64,000 nucleotides of DNA from Octopus vulgaris (lineage: Eukaryota): contig OX597817.1 in the NCBI GenBank assembly GCA_951406725.2, positions 149,358,001-149,422,000 of the forward strand. The letters are read 5' to 3'. The notes beneath the pieces are model-generated. The model did no database searches. It saw only the letters and a program-made list of their open reading frames with translations, and was not told the DNA's origin. Made by a program: the position numbers and the translations under genes. The first letter of the stretch is position 1, and each line of letters begins with the position of its first letter. Below are positions 39,321 to 53,894 of the stretch, one piece after another.

Positions 39321-39622
39321 TGTGACCGACCAGGCTATCAGATGTTACTACACATCGCTGGTCACAATGCGCTTCGCATTGTTTTAGCCCTCAAATGACG
39401 CCACTCCGCTGGCTAAGCGAGCAGGCCAACAGAAGAAAGAGTGAGAGAAAGTTGTGGCGAAAGAGTACTGCAGAGATCGCCACCACCACCCCCTGCCGGA
39501 GCCGCGTGGAGCTTTATGTGTTTTCGCTCAATAAACACTCACAACGCCCGGTCTGGGAATCGAAACCACGATCCTACAACTGCGAGTCCGCTGCCCTAAC
39601 CACTGGACCATTGCGCCTCCAC
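39321..39622 (-). mobile_element. SINE head C + tail T2, full length
   Basis: Head end ccctaaccactggaccattgcgcctccac; T2 tail. Confidence 0.92.
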
Positions 39623-40425
39623 GTAGTAGTAAAATATATTCTAGTAAAATAATTCAATTACAGAACCATCGCTCATCGCTAACCAGTTGTTAAGCAAGTT
39701 GGCGATATTGATCGAAGATGGCGTCGGGTTACGCAGGAGAATAACTCCTACAGCGCATTAGATTTGCGTTTCATACGTAACAAGCGAACCCACACTGGTT
39801 TGGATGAAGTCTCCCGGCGAAATATATGCGCGCGCACAAACACTCACAAATGACATATACCAACGAGAGAGTAAGATTTAAATTTAATTTGCTTAAAATA
39901 ACTTAAAACATGTCAGTCTAAATTAGATTACAAATACACGCATGCTTGGACACACACACACATACACATACGCATATATATATATATACATACACACATA
40001 CACACAGAGGGGAGGGAGTTCAAGATCTCAGAGGTGTCACCGGAGACTTTTATACCAATATCTAAAAATAAAAATATTTAATTGAAGAATAATTAAAAAG
40101 CGTGCCAAAAGAATGATACATTATAACTCGAAACAAAATCTGAAATTACATTTCTCAATGCGCCATCTCAGATATAACCTCTTGCCAAGAATATATATCA
40201 TGGGGGTGGGCAATATGTGTTATATATGAAGCCGCAAGCTTGGATACGTGGTGAAGAAGTTCGCTTTAAAACTGCATTGTTTCCTGTTCAATCATATTGC
40301 TTACACCTTTGAGCAACCAGTCTTCCATAGTAGTCAGGCGTTGACCGATACATTGCGAGCAGAATTTGGTGACAAGCTGCGTAGAATTTAGGTTAAGCCT
40401 ATTAATGTGGAAGGTTTAAGTTGGG

Positions 40426-40495
40426 ATGTCACTCTGGTGCAGAGATTACTATCGGCAGTACAGTTTGCAGCAGAGGCCGCGTACGGATGCCGCAG
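40426..40495 (+). CDS. Candidate exon ending at strong donor CAG|GTGAGG
   Basis: Unique island; ATG at 40426 gives MSLWCRDYYRQYSLQQRPRTDAA + phase-1 donor; alternative phase-2 frame from 40392 (VKPINVEGLSWDVTLVQRLLSAVQFAAEAAYGCR). Confidence 0.3.
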
Positions 40496-40513
40496 GTGAG
40501 GTTACAGTTTTTC

Positions 40514-40621
40514 CTTCTTCTTCTTCTTCTTCTTCTTCTTCTTCTTCTTCTTCTTCTTCTTCTTCTTCTTCTTCTTCTTCTTCTTCTTCTTCTTCTTCTT
40601 CTTCTTCTTCTTCTTCTTCTT
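40514..40621. repeat. (CTT)n microsatellite
   Basis: Direct reading. Confidence 0.97.
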
Positions 40622-40659
40622 TAATATTGTATTATATTTCATATGTATATCATAGTATC

Positions 40660-40932
40660 ACAGGATCGACCAAACTATTGAATATCGTTATACATTGCTA
40701 ATCACAGTGCGATTTACATTGTTTTAGCTTTCGAATTACGCCACGCCGCTGGTTGGGCAATCAGGCCAACATTTCTCCTGATCGGAAGGCTATTTCCGTC
40801 ACGAGGTTATCCGTTTACAGCTGATTAGACTAGAACAAGGGGAAAAGAATGTTTTGCTTAAGAACGGCGATCGATCCCATGATCTGACGATCGCGAATGC
40901 GTTACCCTAACCATTAGGCCACGTGCATTCAC
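40660..40932 (-). mobile_element. SINE head D + tail T2, diverged
   Basis: Colinear with 14728-15022. Confidence 0.75.
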
Positions 40933-41059
40933 CATACATATACGTGTATAGATATTCTTTGTGCACTGAGATTTCCGTTGACAAGCCGCTGGTGTATTTG
41001 GCCTTAGCTATTTAAGTTTACTTCGTTTCTTTATTATTATTATTATCAGCAAGCTGGAT

Positions 41060-41325
41060 GCGGCGAGCTGGCAGAAACGTTAGCACGTCGGGCGAAATGC
41101 GTAGCCGTATTTCGTCTGCCGTTACGTTCTGAGTTCAAATTCCGCCGAGGTCGGCTTTGCCTTTCATCCTTTCGGGGTCGATAAATTAAGTACCAGTTAC
41201 GCACTGGGGTCAATATAATCGACTTAATCCGTTTGTCTGTCCTTGTTTGTCCTCTCTGTGTTTAGCCCCTAGTGGGTAGTAAAGAAATATGTATTTCATC
41301 TGTCTTTCCGTTCTGAGTTCAAATT
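41060..41325 (+). mobile_element. SINE family A (a1 tail) plus start of a second unit
   Basis: Near-consensus. Confidence 0.93.
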
Positions 41326-41571
41326 CTTACATACATGCATACAGAAAGACAGACAGAGAGACATGCATGTATGAATTGTTCAGAATAGTTGAACTGTCAA
41401 AAAGAATGTCTTGCGGTAGTTCTTTGGGAGTTTTTAGCAATCTAAGTTCAGATCCCTCTGATGTCAACTTTGTTGTTTTAAATCCCTTGCAGGTAGATAC
41501 AATAAAGCATCGCTTTAGTACCGCAAACGACTTCCTACATCACTATTCGCTTAGATAGGTAGGTAGGTAGG

Positions 41572-41647
<76 letters not shown>

Positions 41648-41688
41648 AAGAATGAATGTTAAATAAATAGAGGAATTCATCTATAAAT

Positions 41689-41782
41689 ATATAATACAGG
41701 ACAATCAGTTAGTAGCCTTTAGCTCGGGCATCTGAAACTCTGAGTATTATTATGGCAACTAACTGATTGTCTTATATTATAT
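41689..41782. repeat. Imperfect 29-bp inverted repeat around tgaaactctgagta
   Basis: 41689-41717 versus 41754-41782, three mismatches. Confidence 0.85.
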
Positions 41783-41805
41783 ATTTATATATATATATGT
41801 ATAGA

Positions 41806-42073
41806 TGTGGAGACATGTGACCTACTGGTTAGAGCAGCGGACTCTCGGGTTCGAATCTCAGACCGGGCGATGTGTGTATTTATGAGCGAAACAGCTAAGT
41901 TCCACGCGGCTCCGGCAAAAGGTAATGGCGAACTTCTGTTGACTCTTTCGCCACAACTTTCTCTCACTCTTTCCTCCTGTAACGGACCAGCGTCCCGTCC
42001 AGGTGGGGAACCTATACGCCAAGGAAACCGGGAAACCGGCCCTTATGAGCCAGGCATGGCTCGAGAAGGAACA

Positions 42074-42078
<5 letters not shown>
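41806..42078 (+). mobile_element. SINE head C + tail T3
   Basis: Head C body (gaccgggcgatgtg...actctttcgccacaactttctctcactc) joined to ggaaaccggcccttatgagccaggcatggctcgagaagg. Confidence 0.88.
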
Positions 42079-42142
<64 letters not shown>

Positions 42143-42275
42143 TGTATGTGTATTATACACACCCGCAGCTGTTAAAACGCTCATACACATGCACTTTGTA
42201 TATCTTCTCTCTGTATTATTCTCTATAACCAACGTTCCGACGCTTAAGAAATATTTCTAACGCACAAGCAAACTA

Positions 42276-42381
42276 CCCGCCCAAACGTGACGTCAGCAGC
42301 CACGTGTTGCGCTTGAGTTGGTCGCTCGGCATTTGTGCAACGCACACACACACACACACACATTAACTGGTTTTTATAAAA
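42276..42381 (+). promoter_or_regulatory. Promoter/enhancer-like motif cluster
   Basis: CCCGCCC (42276-42282), full CRE TGACGTCA (42288-42295), E-box CACGTG (42301-42306), TATAAAA (42375-42381). Confidence 0.45.
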
Positions 42382-42704
42382 TTCCTCTTTGTTCTTCGCA
42401 CTCTGTACATGTATGTGTGTGTGTGTGTGTATGTGTGTTCTAATATATGCAACACATTAATATGTCTTCCTCTGTGTTTTTGTGTGAGGTGGTCGTGGTG
42501 GTGGAGGGGAACGAGAGAGATCTTATACTCATGAATATGTCGACCGTGACGTGTGCACGCAGTAAACTGCGTTTGTGAAAAATACTGCAGTATAATGCTG
42601 CTTGTTTGTTTATCTCGTACAAATTTGAGCAGGAAGAGTGTTTTACGTATTGAAGCATGAATTCAATTTTTCCCTTCCCAATAGACACACACACAGGCAC
42701 ACAG

Positions 42705-42754
<50 letters not shown>

Positions 42755-43854
42755 ACAGATGGTGACACATGCGTTCTAATGGACGCGGTCGCGCGCACAC
42801 AGACACACACGTACACACGTCTGGCAGGCATACATAGCCGCGCACACACTTACTCGCACACATGTACAGGCGTGTATGCACACACACACACACACACATA
42901 CACACACACACACACACAGATATAGAAATAACTGTTGACGATGCACACGATTAGGAATTTCCACGAATTCAGGAACTGGAAGTTTATTACGTGGTGGGGT
43001 CTGTGTGTCTGTGTGTGTGTATGCATGTGTGTGTCTGTGTGTGTGTGTGTCTGTCTGTCTGTCTGTGTGTGTGTCTGTATGTGGGGGATTCTCTGTGTGT
43101 GTGTGTGTAAGCAGTGTGTGTGTGAGTGTTTGTCTATGTGTGTGTACTGTCTGTGTGTGTGTCTGTGTGTCTGTATGTGGGGGATTCTGTGTGTGTGTGT
43201 GTGTGTCTGAGTGTTTGTTTGTGTGTGTGTGTGTCTGTCTGTGTGTCTGTGTGTGTGTCTGTGAATGTTTTTGTGTGCGTGTGTCTGAGAATGTATGTGA
43301 GTACATCTGTGTATGTGTGTGCGTGTGTGTTTGTGTGTGTGTATGTGTGTATGGGTGATTCTGCGTGTCTGCGTGTGTGTGTATGCATGTGTGTGTGTGT
43401 CTCTGAGTGTTTGTGTGCGTGTTTGTGTGTCTATGTGCGTGCATGTGTGTATGTGTCTGTGAATGTATGTGAGTGCATCTGTGTATGCGTGCTTGCCAAT
43501 GTATAAATGCCCACACGTTCTTATGTCCATTTATGTATATGCGTGCGCGTGTGTGTGTGTAAGTGTATGTTTCTACGTCTATGTGCATGCGCATCTGTGT
43601 GTGTGTGTGAGAGAGAGAGAGAGTAAGTGTGTTATATGTTCAAAGAAAAGCGTGCGCTGTTTTATATTTGTAAATGGATGTGTGTGTATGTATGTACTTA
43701 TGAGAGACTATTAAACATGCAAAATTAAAAAAAAAAAGGAACCCAACCTAGTTATTAACACGGAATTGTTGTTGTTGTTGTTGTATTTTCAAAGTTTGCC
43801 ATAAGGGCAGTGATGGAGGCAAAGTCGATTAAGTCATGCCTGGTAGTCAACATG

Positions 43855-44234
43855 TGTGGAAGCACTCCGTCGGTTACGACGACGAGGGTTCCGGTTGATC
43901 CGATCAACGGAACAGCCTGCTCGTGAAATTAACGTGTAAGTGGCTGAGCACTCCACAGACACGTGTACCCTTAACGTAATTCTCGGGGATGTGACACAGA
44001 GAGTGACAAGGCCGGCCCCTTGAAATACAGGTACAACAGAAACAGGAAGTAAGAGTGAGAGAGAAAGTTGTGGTGAAAGAGTACAGCAGGGATCACCACC
44101 ATCCCTGCCGGAGCCTCGTGGAGCTTCAGGTGTTTTCGCTCAACAAACACTCACAACGCCCGGTCTGGGAATCGAAACCGCGATCCTACGACCGCGAGTC
44201 CGCTGCCCTAACCACTGGGCCATTGCGCCTCCAC
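43855..44234 (-). mobile_element. SINE head C + tail T1, full length
   Basis: tRNA-like head with A-box TGGCCCAGTGG and B-box GGTTTCGATTCC; T1 tail as in 19449-19772. Confidence 0.93.
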
Positions 44235-44249
44235 GAGTCAACATGTATT

Positions 44250-44848
44250 TATATAATCGACAGCGAAAGGATTAATACCAAAGTCTACCGCGGCGGAATT
44301 TGAACCCAGAACCTCAAGACAGACGAAATGCCGCTAAGCATTTTTACCCCGCGTGCTACCAATTCTGCCAGCTCGCCGCCTTAATAAATAATCTTTTCTA
44401 CTCTAGGCACAAGGCCTGAAATTTTGGGGAAGTAGGCCTGTCGATTAGATCGACTCCAGTACGTAAATGGTACTTAATTTATCAACCCCTGAAAGGACGA
44501 AAGGCAAAGTCGACCTCGGCGGAGTTTGAACTCAGAACATAAAGATAGACGAAATACTGCCAAGCATTTCCTCCGGCGTGCTAACGATTCTGCCAGCGGG
44601 CCGCCTTACTTATTATTATTATTATTATTATTTCAATTTTTTTTCCACAAAAGGGTTAGCTTGAGGGAGGTGGGGATGAATCGATTGCATCGACCCCAGA
44701 GTTCAACTGGTACTTAATTTATCTAACTGCCGAGAGAACGAATGGCAAAGTCGACCTCGGCAGAGTTTGAACTCAGAACGTAGCGACAGGCGAAATAACG
44801 CTAAGCACTCCGACCAGCGTGCTAACTATTCTGCCAGTTCACTGCCTT
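44250..44848 (-). mobile_element. Three tandem SINE family A copies
   Basis: Heads end near 44382, 44608 and 44848. Confidence 0.9.
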
Positions 44849-44880
44849 AATGGTAATTCTTCTTCTTCTTCTTCTTCTTC

Positions 44881-44938
<58 letters not shown>

Positions 44939-45188
44939 CATTATTATTATTATCATCATCATCATTATTATTGTGTGAGAGAGCAGTGCATGCCATCAAA
45001 GCAAAATTTACGAAGTCCAGTATACCCATCATGACTACCCGCCTGTATTATTGTTATTATTATTATTATTATTATTATCATTATTATTATTATTATTATT
45101 ATTATTAAACGCACGAAAGCACACACGCGCGCATATTTGATATATAAAGAAATATAGCTAGGCAGTTATGTGCGTGTGTGTTATATGT

Positions 45189-45220
<32 letters not shown>

Positions 45221-45499
45221 CAAGATACATATGCACATACATACGTGTATACATGCACACATACATACACACATACATGCATACACACACACACTCGGCA
45301 AATATGATCTTCATCACATGTACGAAATGTGTGCCTGCGTGTTGGTATACACGCACACAGACACACACACACGCTTGTAGTATAGACGAAGTATTCAACA
45401 ATAAAAACAACAACAACTACAACAACAACACCATTACTCATGATGTGTTCATAAAAAGGCTGGTGTTTCTTTGTGTACGTTGAATCTCCATTGTCTCAG

Positions 45500-45640
45500 T
45501 GCACCGGGGGCCGCTTCCCACATCATCCGTCTCAGCGGCTCGCCCTATCATTACAGCTGCACACAGCGCTACCGCACGACAGCAGGACATGGGGACTTCG
45601 GATCTAACAACTCGTTCTACGCATTGGACAGCAACAACAG
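45500..45640 (+). CDS. Candidate 141-nt symmetric internal exon, product unknown
   Basis: GC-richer unique island bounded by tctccattgtctcAG| and CAG|GTGCGC; length divisible by 3; phase 1 (HRGPLPTSSVSAARPIIT...) and phase 2 (APGAASHIIRLSGSPYHY...) are open, phase 0 has TAA. Confidence 0.5.
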
Positions 45641-46042
45641 GTGCGCTCCCTGATTTGGGATCGATTCTTTATCCCTCTCTTTCTCTCTCTCTCTCGTTCC
45701 CTCTCACTCTCTCTCTCTCACTTTCTCTCTTTTTCTATCTATATATCTATCTATCTCTTTTTTCCTTCCTTATACAGACAGATAGATAGATTGATAGATA
45801 TGCATATATATACATGTATATGTATATATGCATATTTATATACGAATATATATACACATATATTTACATATATATCACGCATATACATGCATATATACAC
45901 ACACACGCACATGCATACATACATACATACATACATACATACATACATACACACATACATACATACACACGCACACACACATATGTAATGTATTTACGTT
46001 GCGCCAGCTTGGCGACAGACTCTGGCTGAGACCGATAATAGA

Positions 46043-46093
<51 letters not shown>

Positions 46094-46870
46094 CGTGTGT
46101 GTGTGTGCGTGTGTGCATGTGTGTGTGTGTGTGTATGTGTGTGTGTGTGTGCGTGAACGTACGTTCGATTATTTGCGACGATTTTAGCATCGGCAAGCAG
46201 CTCCGTGTAGAATTATAATGAAAGACATTCCAGCCACGACCAACATGTCTTGACATGGATATGCTGCACTAAACGCGTTTAATATGTCCTTCACTCTGTA
46301 AGACTCTAAATGCGTGATTTGACGGAGATTTGGTCGTTATATCAGGCAGGACAACGACCGGGCTGGGCTTCTACTTCGTGTGTTCACAGTCCCAGCGCAC
46401 CTCATATCTATATCTGCGTATCTCTGTTCGTGTTTCTTGTAGCTATATGTGTTTATGAATGCATATGTGTATGCGTGTGCGCATACATGTGTGCGTGTTT
46501 GTGTGGGTGGTGAGCCTTTTCTTAACGCTTGGTTATATTTTTACCGCCCACCACTTGCCTGTCGAGATTAAATATATAAAAATATGTCAGCCACAAAACG
46601 AGTAAGCGGGGAGGAGTGGATTTTAAAAAATTACAGATATGAGATAGGATTATCTAGTTACCTCTCCCCACATCCATTCGTCCAGGATTCTTTGTTTGAC
46701 TGTTCTATCTTCAAATTCGTTAAAGTTTTTTAAATGTTTTTATCTTCTCTGTTATATTTATTCTTCTAAATTGAACAAAAAAAAAACGATACTGTATTTC
46801 TTTCAAATATTCCGACTTCATCACTTGAGTCTTTGTTTTATTATAGATAGATTAATATATCGCTTCTTAT

Positions 46871-47000
46871 TCTGCCGAGGTCGACTTTGCCTTTCATCCT
46901 TTCGGGGACGATAAATTAAGTACCAGTTGCGTACTAGAGTCGATCTAATTGACTGGCCACCTCCCCTAAAATTTCGAGCCTTGTGCCTAGAGTAGAAAAA
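46871..47000 (+). mobile_element. SINE family A, 3' half with a2 tail
   Basis: Core and tail match 9250-9380. Confidence 0.88.
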
Positions 47001-47059
47001 ATATATCGCTTCTTACTTCAATAAAGATTGGGTTTAGTCTTTGTACATACTTTATACAA

Positions 47060-47145
<86 letters not shown>

Positions 47146-47610
47146 GGATAGATAGATGACTTTCGCAAGAGAGGTGACAGTGACTTCCAAGTTTCGGCCC
47201 GCAAGTCTTCATCGGACGAAAGCTAGCAGTCCGAAGCTTCGAAATCACTACCACTCTTCTACATGTACTCTATAAAGGATATTGAGTAATTCTTCAGTTT
47301 AATGTGAATTTAGTTTATAACTCGACATAAAAACAAGCACTAATAGTAATACGCTTGTGTTGTTCGCTTTGCATTTGTGCATCGACTATTCTGCAGAAAT
47401 TTATGAAGAATTTTGTGTTGTATTTTTGTTAAGAAAACGGAAACGTGCAAGTATATACGTGTAAGTGAGCTTGTGAACGCGCGAGTATAAGATCGTATTG
47501 ATATATGTGTATTTTTCAACGCATATATTTACATTTGTGCACGCGTATATGGTATTTAGTAAATGCTTAAATATGCACGGGAGAATAACTACGAAAGAAA
47601 CGATAGGTAT

Positions 47611-47661
<51 letters not shown>

Positions 47662-47696
47662 TACAGATAGACAGACAGATAGACAGATAGATAGAC

Positions 47697-47778
<82 letters not shown>

Positions 47779-48204
47779 GAAACAACAAGAGAAAGATATA
47801 CAGAAAACAATGAGGAATGAGGAGGGATGGTAATGTGAAGACATCTAAAAGTGATGTAGATATATTTTAGTGATGTCGTTAGAGAGAGACTAGTGGAAAT
47901 TAAAAGTAGATAATGCTGTGAAATTGAAAAATAAATGGGAAGGGATTTGAAATAGCGATGCAGGAAGACTGTAGATGGGAAATTTTGAAAGGTTAGAAAG
48001 TAGGCGGAAAAAAACTGAGAACCGAAAGTGAAAGTAAAGTGCGCTGTAATAGAAACAACAGCATAGAATGAAAGGGTGGGACAGGAAAACATACACAAAC
48101 GCACGAATCTGTCACCTGCCCGATAGTTGTATTAACATAGCACACACACACACATATGTTGTTGTTATTGTTATTATCATTATTATTATTATTATTATTA
48201 TTAT

Positions 48205-48447
48205 AAGGTGACGACCAGAAAGAATCGTTACCGCACCGGACAAAATGCTTAGCAACGTTTTTCTTTTTGGTGGTGGGGGGGAGTTGCCGTCTTTAACGTT
48301 ATGAGTTCAAATTTCATCGAAGCCAACTTTGCTTTTCATACTGTCGGGGATTATAAAAAAAAAAAAATTACCAATTGAAAACTAGTGTCGAAGTAATCGA
48401 CCAGCCTCCACCGGACAAATTTCATGCCATTTGCCTATAGCAGAAAC
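48205..48447 (+). mobile_element. SINE family A, old copy between (ATT)n runs
   Basis: Diverged head, core and tail. Confidence 0.72.
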
Positions 48448-48494
48448 AATCATTATCATTATTATCATTATCATTATCATTTTCATCATCATTA

Positions 48495-48538
<44 letters not shown>

Positions 48539-48767
48539 GGAATAGGAAGTTTCAATACTTGATAATTATAAATGGATTCTCGTTATGGGCTGTGTGTGTG
48601 TGTGTGTGTGTGATGTGTGGATTCTGTGCTTCCCCACCGGATGGTCAGAGTTCGCTTCCCAGCATGGTAACTTCTTACTTTTCAGGGGTGGCGTCCCAGC
48701 ATAACCGCAGTACAACAGCCGAAACAATTAAATAATAAAAGATATATAGAAAGAAAGAGGAAGGGAG

Positions 48768-48801
<34 letters not shown>

Positions 48802-49036
48802 AGAGGGAATAGAAATTGCAAGTTGAAGAGAAAAGAAGAAACTAAAGCAGAATGGAAAAGCTTCGTTGGAAACTCCGGTGCGCCGCTTTGAAAACAGAAT
48901 TTTCATTTCTTTTATAATGCGGCCACACACTGTCTTTCAGTTTCTGTATTCGATTTTAAGAGCGGGCAAACACTCAAACACACTCACACATACGCACATA
49001 TAGATGTATATATATATGTTTATATATATGTTTATA

Positions 49037-49155
<119 letters not shown>

Positions 49156-49305
49156 TATGTATGTATGTCTGCATGTATGTATACATACATATATGTGTGT
49201 GTACATATGTTGATATATATAGATATATATATATATATGTACAAACACACACATATATATGTTTGTGTATAAATGTATATATGTATGCATTTATGTATAT
49301 ATATT

Positions 49306-49361
<56 letters not shown>

Positions 49362-49803
49362 TGTGTATGTAGGTGTATATATATATGTGCGTATATACAT
49401 ATATAAATACTTAGATATGTGCATACATATATATGCATATATGTATGTGTGCATATATATATATATATATATATGTTCACGTGCACACCACACCACCACG
49501 CATTGTCGCTCTAACGCCTACACACGCTGCAACCACTACCACCACCACCACCACCATCAACAACAACAACAACAACAACAACACCAAATCAACCAACACC
49601 AACGCTACAAGCAGCACCAACCTCGCCCCCATTGCTTCAGTTCGTAAAGGGCAGCCCAGATAGCACTAATCACCGCTGCTGCTGCTGCTGCTACTACTGC
49701 TACTATCGCTGCTGCTGCTGCTGCTACTACTACTACTACTACTACTACTATTACTGGTTGATGCTGCTGTTGTTGTTGCTGATTGCGAAAAATCTTACTG
49801 CTG

Positions 49804-49830
49804 CTACCCGCCGCTGCTGCTGTTGGTGTT

Positions 49831-49861
<31 letters not shown>

Positions 49862-49976
49862 GTGTTGTAGAGGCTACTATTATTATTGCTGCTGACGGTG
49901 CAGATAGTGCTACTGCTAGAACCAGCGCTCCCGACATTATAGCCGCTTCCACCGCAATGCTTGGACTGACTTGCAG
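49804..49976 (-). CDS. Candidate exon with Ser/Gly/Asn-rich reading frame
   Basis: Branch point TAACTAAC (50031-50024), about 45-nt AG-free pyrimidine tract, TAG acceptor (AG at 49978-49977); phase-1 frame ASQSKHCGGSGYNVGSAGSSSSTICTVSSNNNSSLYNT(S)9KNTNSSSGG* ends at 49804. Confidence 0.55.
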
Positions 49977-50465
49977 CTAGGAGAGCGAAAGAGGGAGAGA
50001 GGGAGAGAGAGCGAGCGAGAGAGGTTAGTTACGTTTCGATTTCTGTGTTTTTATCGTCACTGTCGCTCTTGAAAGGCAGAAAATATGCACTTTACAAATG
50101 CATGTGTGCACTGTGCACTGTTCCTGTCGGTGAATGCTACATGTGGGCTTTTGTGCGTGCATGTGTGTATGTGAGTGTGTGTGTGTGTATGTGTGAGAAT
50201 ATGTGTGTGTTGTATCGATGCACGAGTGTGTTTGTATGTATGTATGCATGTATGAATTTATATATGTACGTATGTATGTATGTATGTATGTATGTATGTA
50301 TGTATGTATGTATGTGTATGCATGCATCAGTGTGAGCGCGTAAATGCAAATATGCATGACGTGGTGGCTTTTGCGTGTATGTACGTGTATATGTGCATAT
50401 ATGAGAATGCACATGCATATGCATATATATATATATATATGTATGTATGTATGCATCTATCTATG

Positions 50466-50498
<33 letters not shown>

Positions 50499-50551
50499 GC
50501 ATCTATATATATATGTATGTATATATATATGTATGTATGCATCTATGTATG

Positions 50552-50593
<42 letters not shown>

Positions 50594-50628
50594 TCTATAT
50601 ATATATGTATGTATATATATATATATGT

Positions 50629-50670
<42 letters not shown>

Positions 50671-50723
50671 GGGAAGAAGTGAAAGATAGCTGCGTATATA
50701 TGGACAAATATATGTGTGCGTGC

Positions 50724-50775
<52 letters not shown>

Positions 50776-51015
50776 ACACACACACCTACAAACACAAAGA
50801 GACGCAAGGCCCATACACACAAACGCGCGCGCGCGCACACACACACACATTTCAGTCTGTGTATGTATATTTTTATATGCGGTCGTTTACATCATCGTTC
50901 AAAGCTTTCCGAAATCCCCACGTGGGTTTTTGCAGGAACTATTGAATATATATGGACTGACTTCATGTATTTAATAAATATATATATATATATGTATATA
51001 TTATAAATATATATG

Positions 51016-51106
<91 letters not shown>

Positions 51107-51721
51107 TGCATGTATTCATATGTGCGTTTGCAAGTGTGTTTATGTGTGTGTCCTGTGTGTGCATACGGGTGGTGTGAATCTATGCATGCATTTATCTAGA
51201 ATACAAAGGAAAAAAAAAACTTGAAAAACAGAAAAAGAGAGAGCAAAGGAGAAAGTCGGTGAGAGAGAGAGGAGGAGGAGGAAAGAAGAAGAGAGGATAT
51301 GAAAGAGAAAGGATGATAGTAAACGAAAAAGAGACGAAGAGAAAGAAAAGAAAATAGAAGAGAAAGGGAGAGAGAGAAGAGCGATAGATGATATGTCGAT
51401 TCGAGCCCTCAACACGCCTGTTCTAAATACTGCGTTAATCTCCCTGTATTTGCATGTATCTACATGTTTTGCTTTGTGTGAATACATGAATGCACGCCTG
51501 TATATATGTATGCGTATGTGTATGTGTGTGCATGTGTGTGCGTGCGTGCGTACGTGCAAGGTGTCAGCGCTACTAATTATTTATAACGATTTTCCAACAA
51601 GCCTTTCCGAACAAAGAATTGTCTTGTTTTTTTGTTTGGATATTTTCTTTCCGCAAGCGTTGTCAACAGTTGTTGGATGGCGAGGAACATATCTATCCAT
51701 CCATCTATCTATCTATCTATA

Positions 51722-51791
<70 letters not shown>

Positions 51792-52162
51792 ATTGTATGT
51801 ATGTATATATGTACGTATATACACATATATGTGCACACATTGATTTATGTATATGAGTTCAGAGATCTGTAAAAAAAAAAAATGACACAGGCTACCTGAG
51901 TGTGAGTGTGTGTGTGCGTGCACGCGTATCTATATGTTTGTGCGAGCACGCGTGTCTATGTAAGTGTGCGCGCGTGCGTCTCTATGTGTGTGTTAGTATT
52001 ATTCGAGTGTGTGTGTGTGCGTGTGTATATGCTGCCTAGACATGCTTCGCAGTGCATATCTCAATTCAACTGAACACAGACTATGTTTCTTCTGAAAGTA
52101 CTTAAAAAGAAATTTAAAATCTAATCGCCAGAAACATGACAATGATAGCAATACACACACAC

Positions 52163-52223
<61 letters not shown>

Positions 52224-52254
52224 ACTATTATATGTATATATATATATATATGTA

Positions 52255-52490
52255 ACATCGTCTGTTTTTCCGTCCTTGTTTCGTATACATTCGAAGCTTT
52301 TTACCAAGGAATCTAATGCTCTTAGCTCAGTTTTTGCTTGGGGCTGGCCAGATTGGAGCAATCTTAAGATTAATCAGCCGAAATTGCGAAGATGATCCGG
52401 TTCTTGACTGAAGATTAAAGGCTTCGAATGACCCGTCCGTGTTTCTTGTATCGTCTTCTGGATGTTTTGCGTTCTTGTCCTATTTTGTAT
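52255..52490. mobile_element. TA-flanked interspersed element related to 59290-59495
   Basis: Shared attggagcaatct...cagccgaaattg...cttgactga.ga core and ctggatgttttgcgttct...attttgtata end. Confidence 0.7.
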
Positions 52491-52491
52491 A

Positions 52492-52536
<45 letters not shown>

Positions 52537-52961
52537 GTATATATATAAACGTGCGCGGGCGATTTTATCCCATCCACTTAATGCTAATACAATGAACTGG
52601 CTGAGCTTTTCTGGTCACAGATATTTTATCCACGGGCAACTTTCACATAAAGTACATCTTCGTGTGAAATAGAATGCGTGGCATTCATATTTTTGTTTTT
52701 TCTGTTTTTGATAAAAAAAAAAGTCTTAATGAAAATGTCCTACAGCAATGTTCGAACGCTGATTGCTGATTTGCCGAACCGGGACATTATCTTACGGCGA
52801 TCAATATTACGCACTGAAACACACGCATACAGACAACATGTACATACATACATAATATATATGGGTGTGCGCACTTGCGCTCGCGTGCGTGTATGATTAT
52901 TCTTTTAGCCCAAGGACTGCCCTGAATAGAGAAAACCTATAAGCTAGTATTTTCTAGGTTT

Positions 52962-53385
52962 AAGGCGGCGAGCTGGTAGAAACGTTAGCACGCCGGGCAA
53001 AATGCTTGGCGGTATTTCGTCTATCCTTACGTTCTGAGTTCTAATTCCGCCGAGGTCGACTTTGCCTTTCATCCTTTCGGGGTCGATACATTAAGTACCA
53101 GTTACGCACTGGGGTCGATGTAATCGACTTAATCCGTTTGTCTCTCCTTGTTTGTCCTCTCTGTGTGTAGCCCTTTGTGGGCAGTAAAGAAATAGGTATT
53201 TCGCCTGTCTTTACGTTCAGAGTTCTAATTCCGACGAGGTCGATTTTGCCTTTCATCTTTTCGGGGTCGATAAAATAAGTACCAATTGAATACTGCGTTG
53301 TTGTGATCGATTTATCCCCCACCCCCACCCCGCCCCACCCCCAACCCTCACTCAAACCTGCTGGTCGTGTGCGAAAATTTAAAGC
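52962..53385 (+). mobile_element. SINE family A dimer (a1 unit then a2 unit)
   Basis: Junction aaagaaata|ggtatttcg near 53195. Confidence 0.92.
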
Positions 53386-53894
53386 CAATGTTTTCCAGGC
53401 TTGGAAGTACCGCCGTTTACAATCTCTTCGGCTACATTCTGTTGCTGAGGCTTTCAGTTTTAAAACAGTCGGTTGTGGTTGAAAGAGATTTAGCTGCGGT
53501 TTCTAGCTTGCCAACAGACCACATAGAGACTCCGTCGTCGGTTTGTCAGGAATCACGTTGAAACAAGATGCAGTGGAATTGTACAACGAATTCATAATTA
53601 CTCTTTAATGAAACCTTCACTCCCCTTTAATTTACTCCTTTCTCTCGGTCGTAAGTAGTGACGTAGCTAGAGCGTGTGCTACTCGAGGCAGCCCTTAATT
53701 CTGCAACCCCTTTCGAACCCTCAATTTTAAACAAGCTTATACAGCAGAACCAAAAGTGTCAGCCCGGACAAACCGCTGGGCTCTACCTGCCACGCTACTA
53801 ATTATCAGCTACATAACTATACAATATAACTATAGAAGATATACATGGTGTATAAGTAATTGTTATACATACATGCATATATATATATATTAGC

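Noticed and set aside
39715-39723. YY1-like AAGATGGCG with ATG
   Set aside because: Frame stops after eight codons and a single motif is insufficient evidence.
44150-44234. tRNA genes
   Set aside because: A/B boxes belong to SINE heads that continue into SINE bodies; no complete cloverleaf or T-run terminator.
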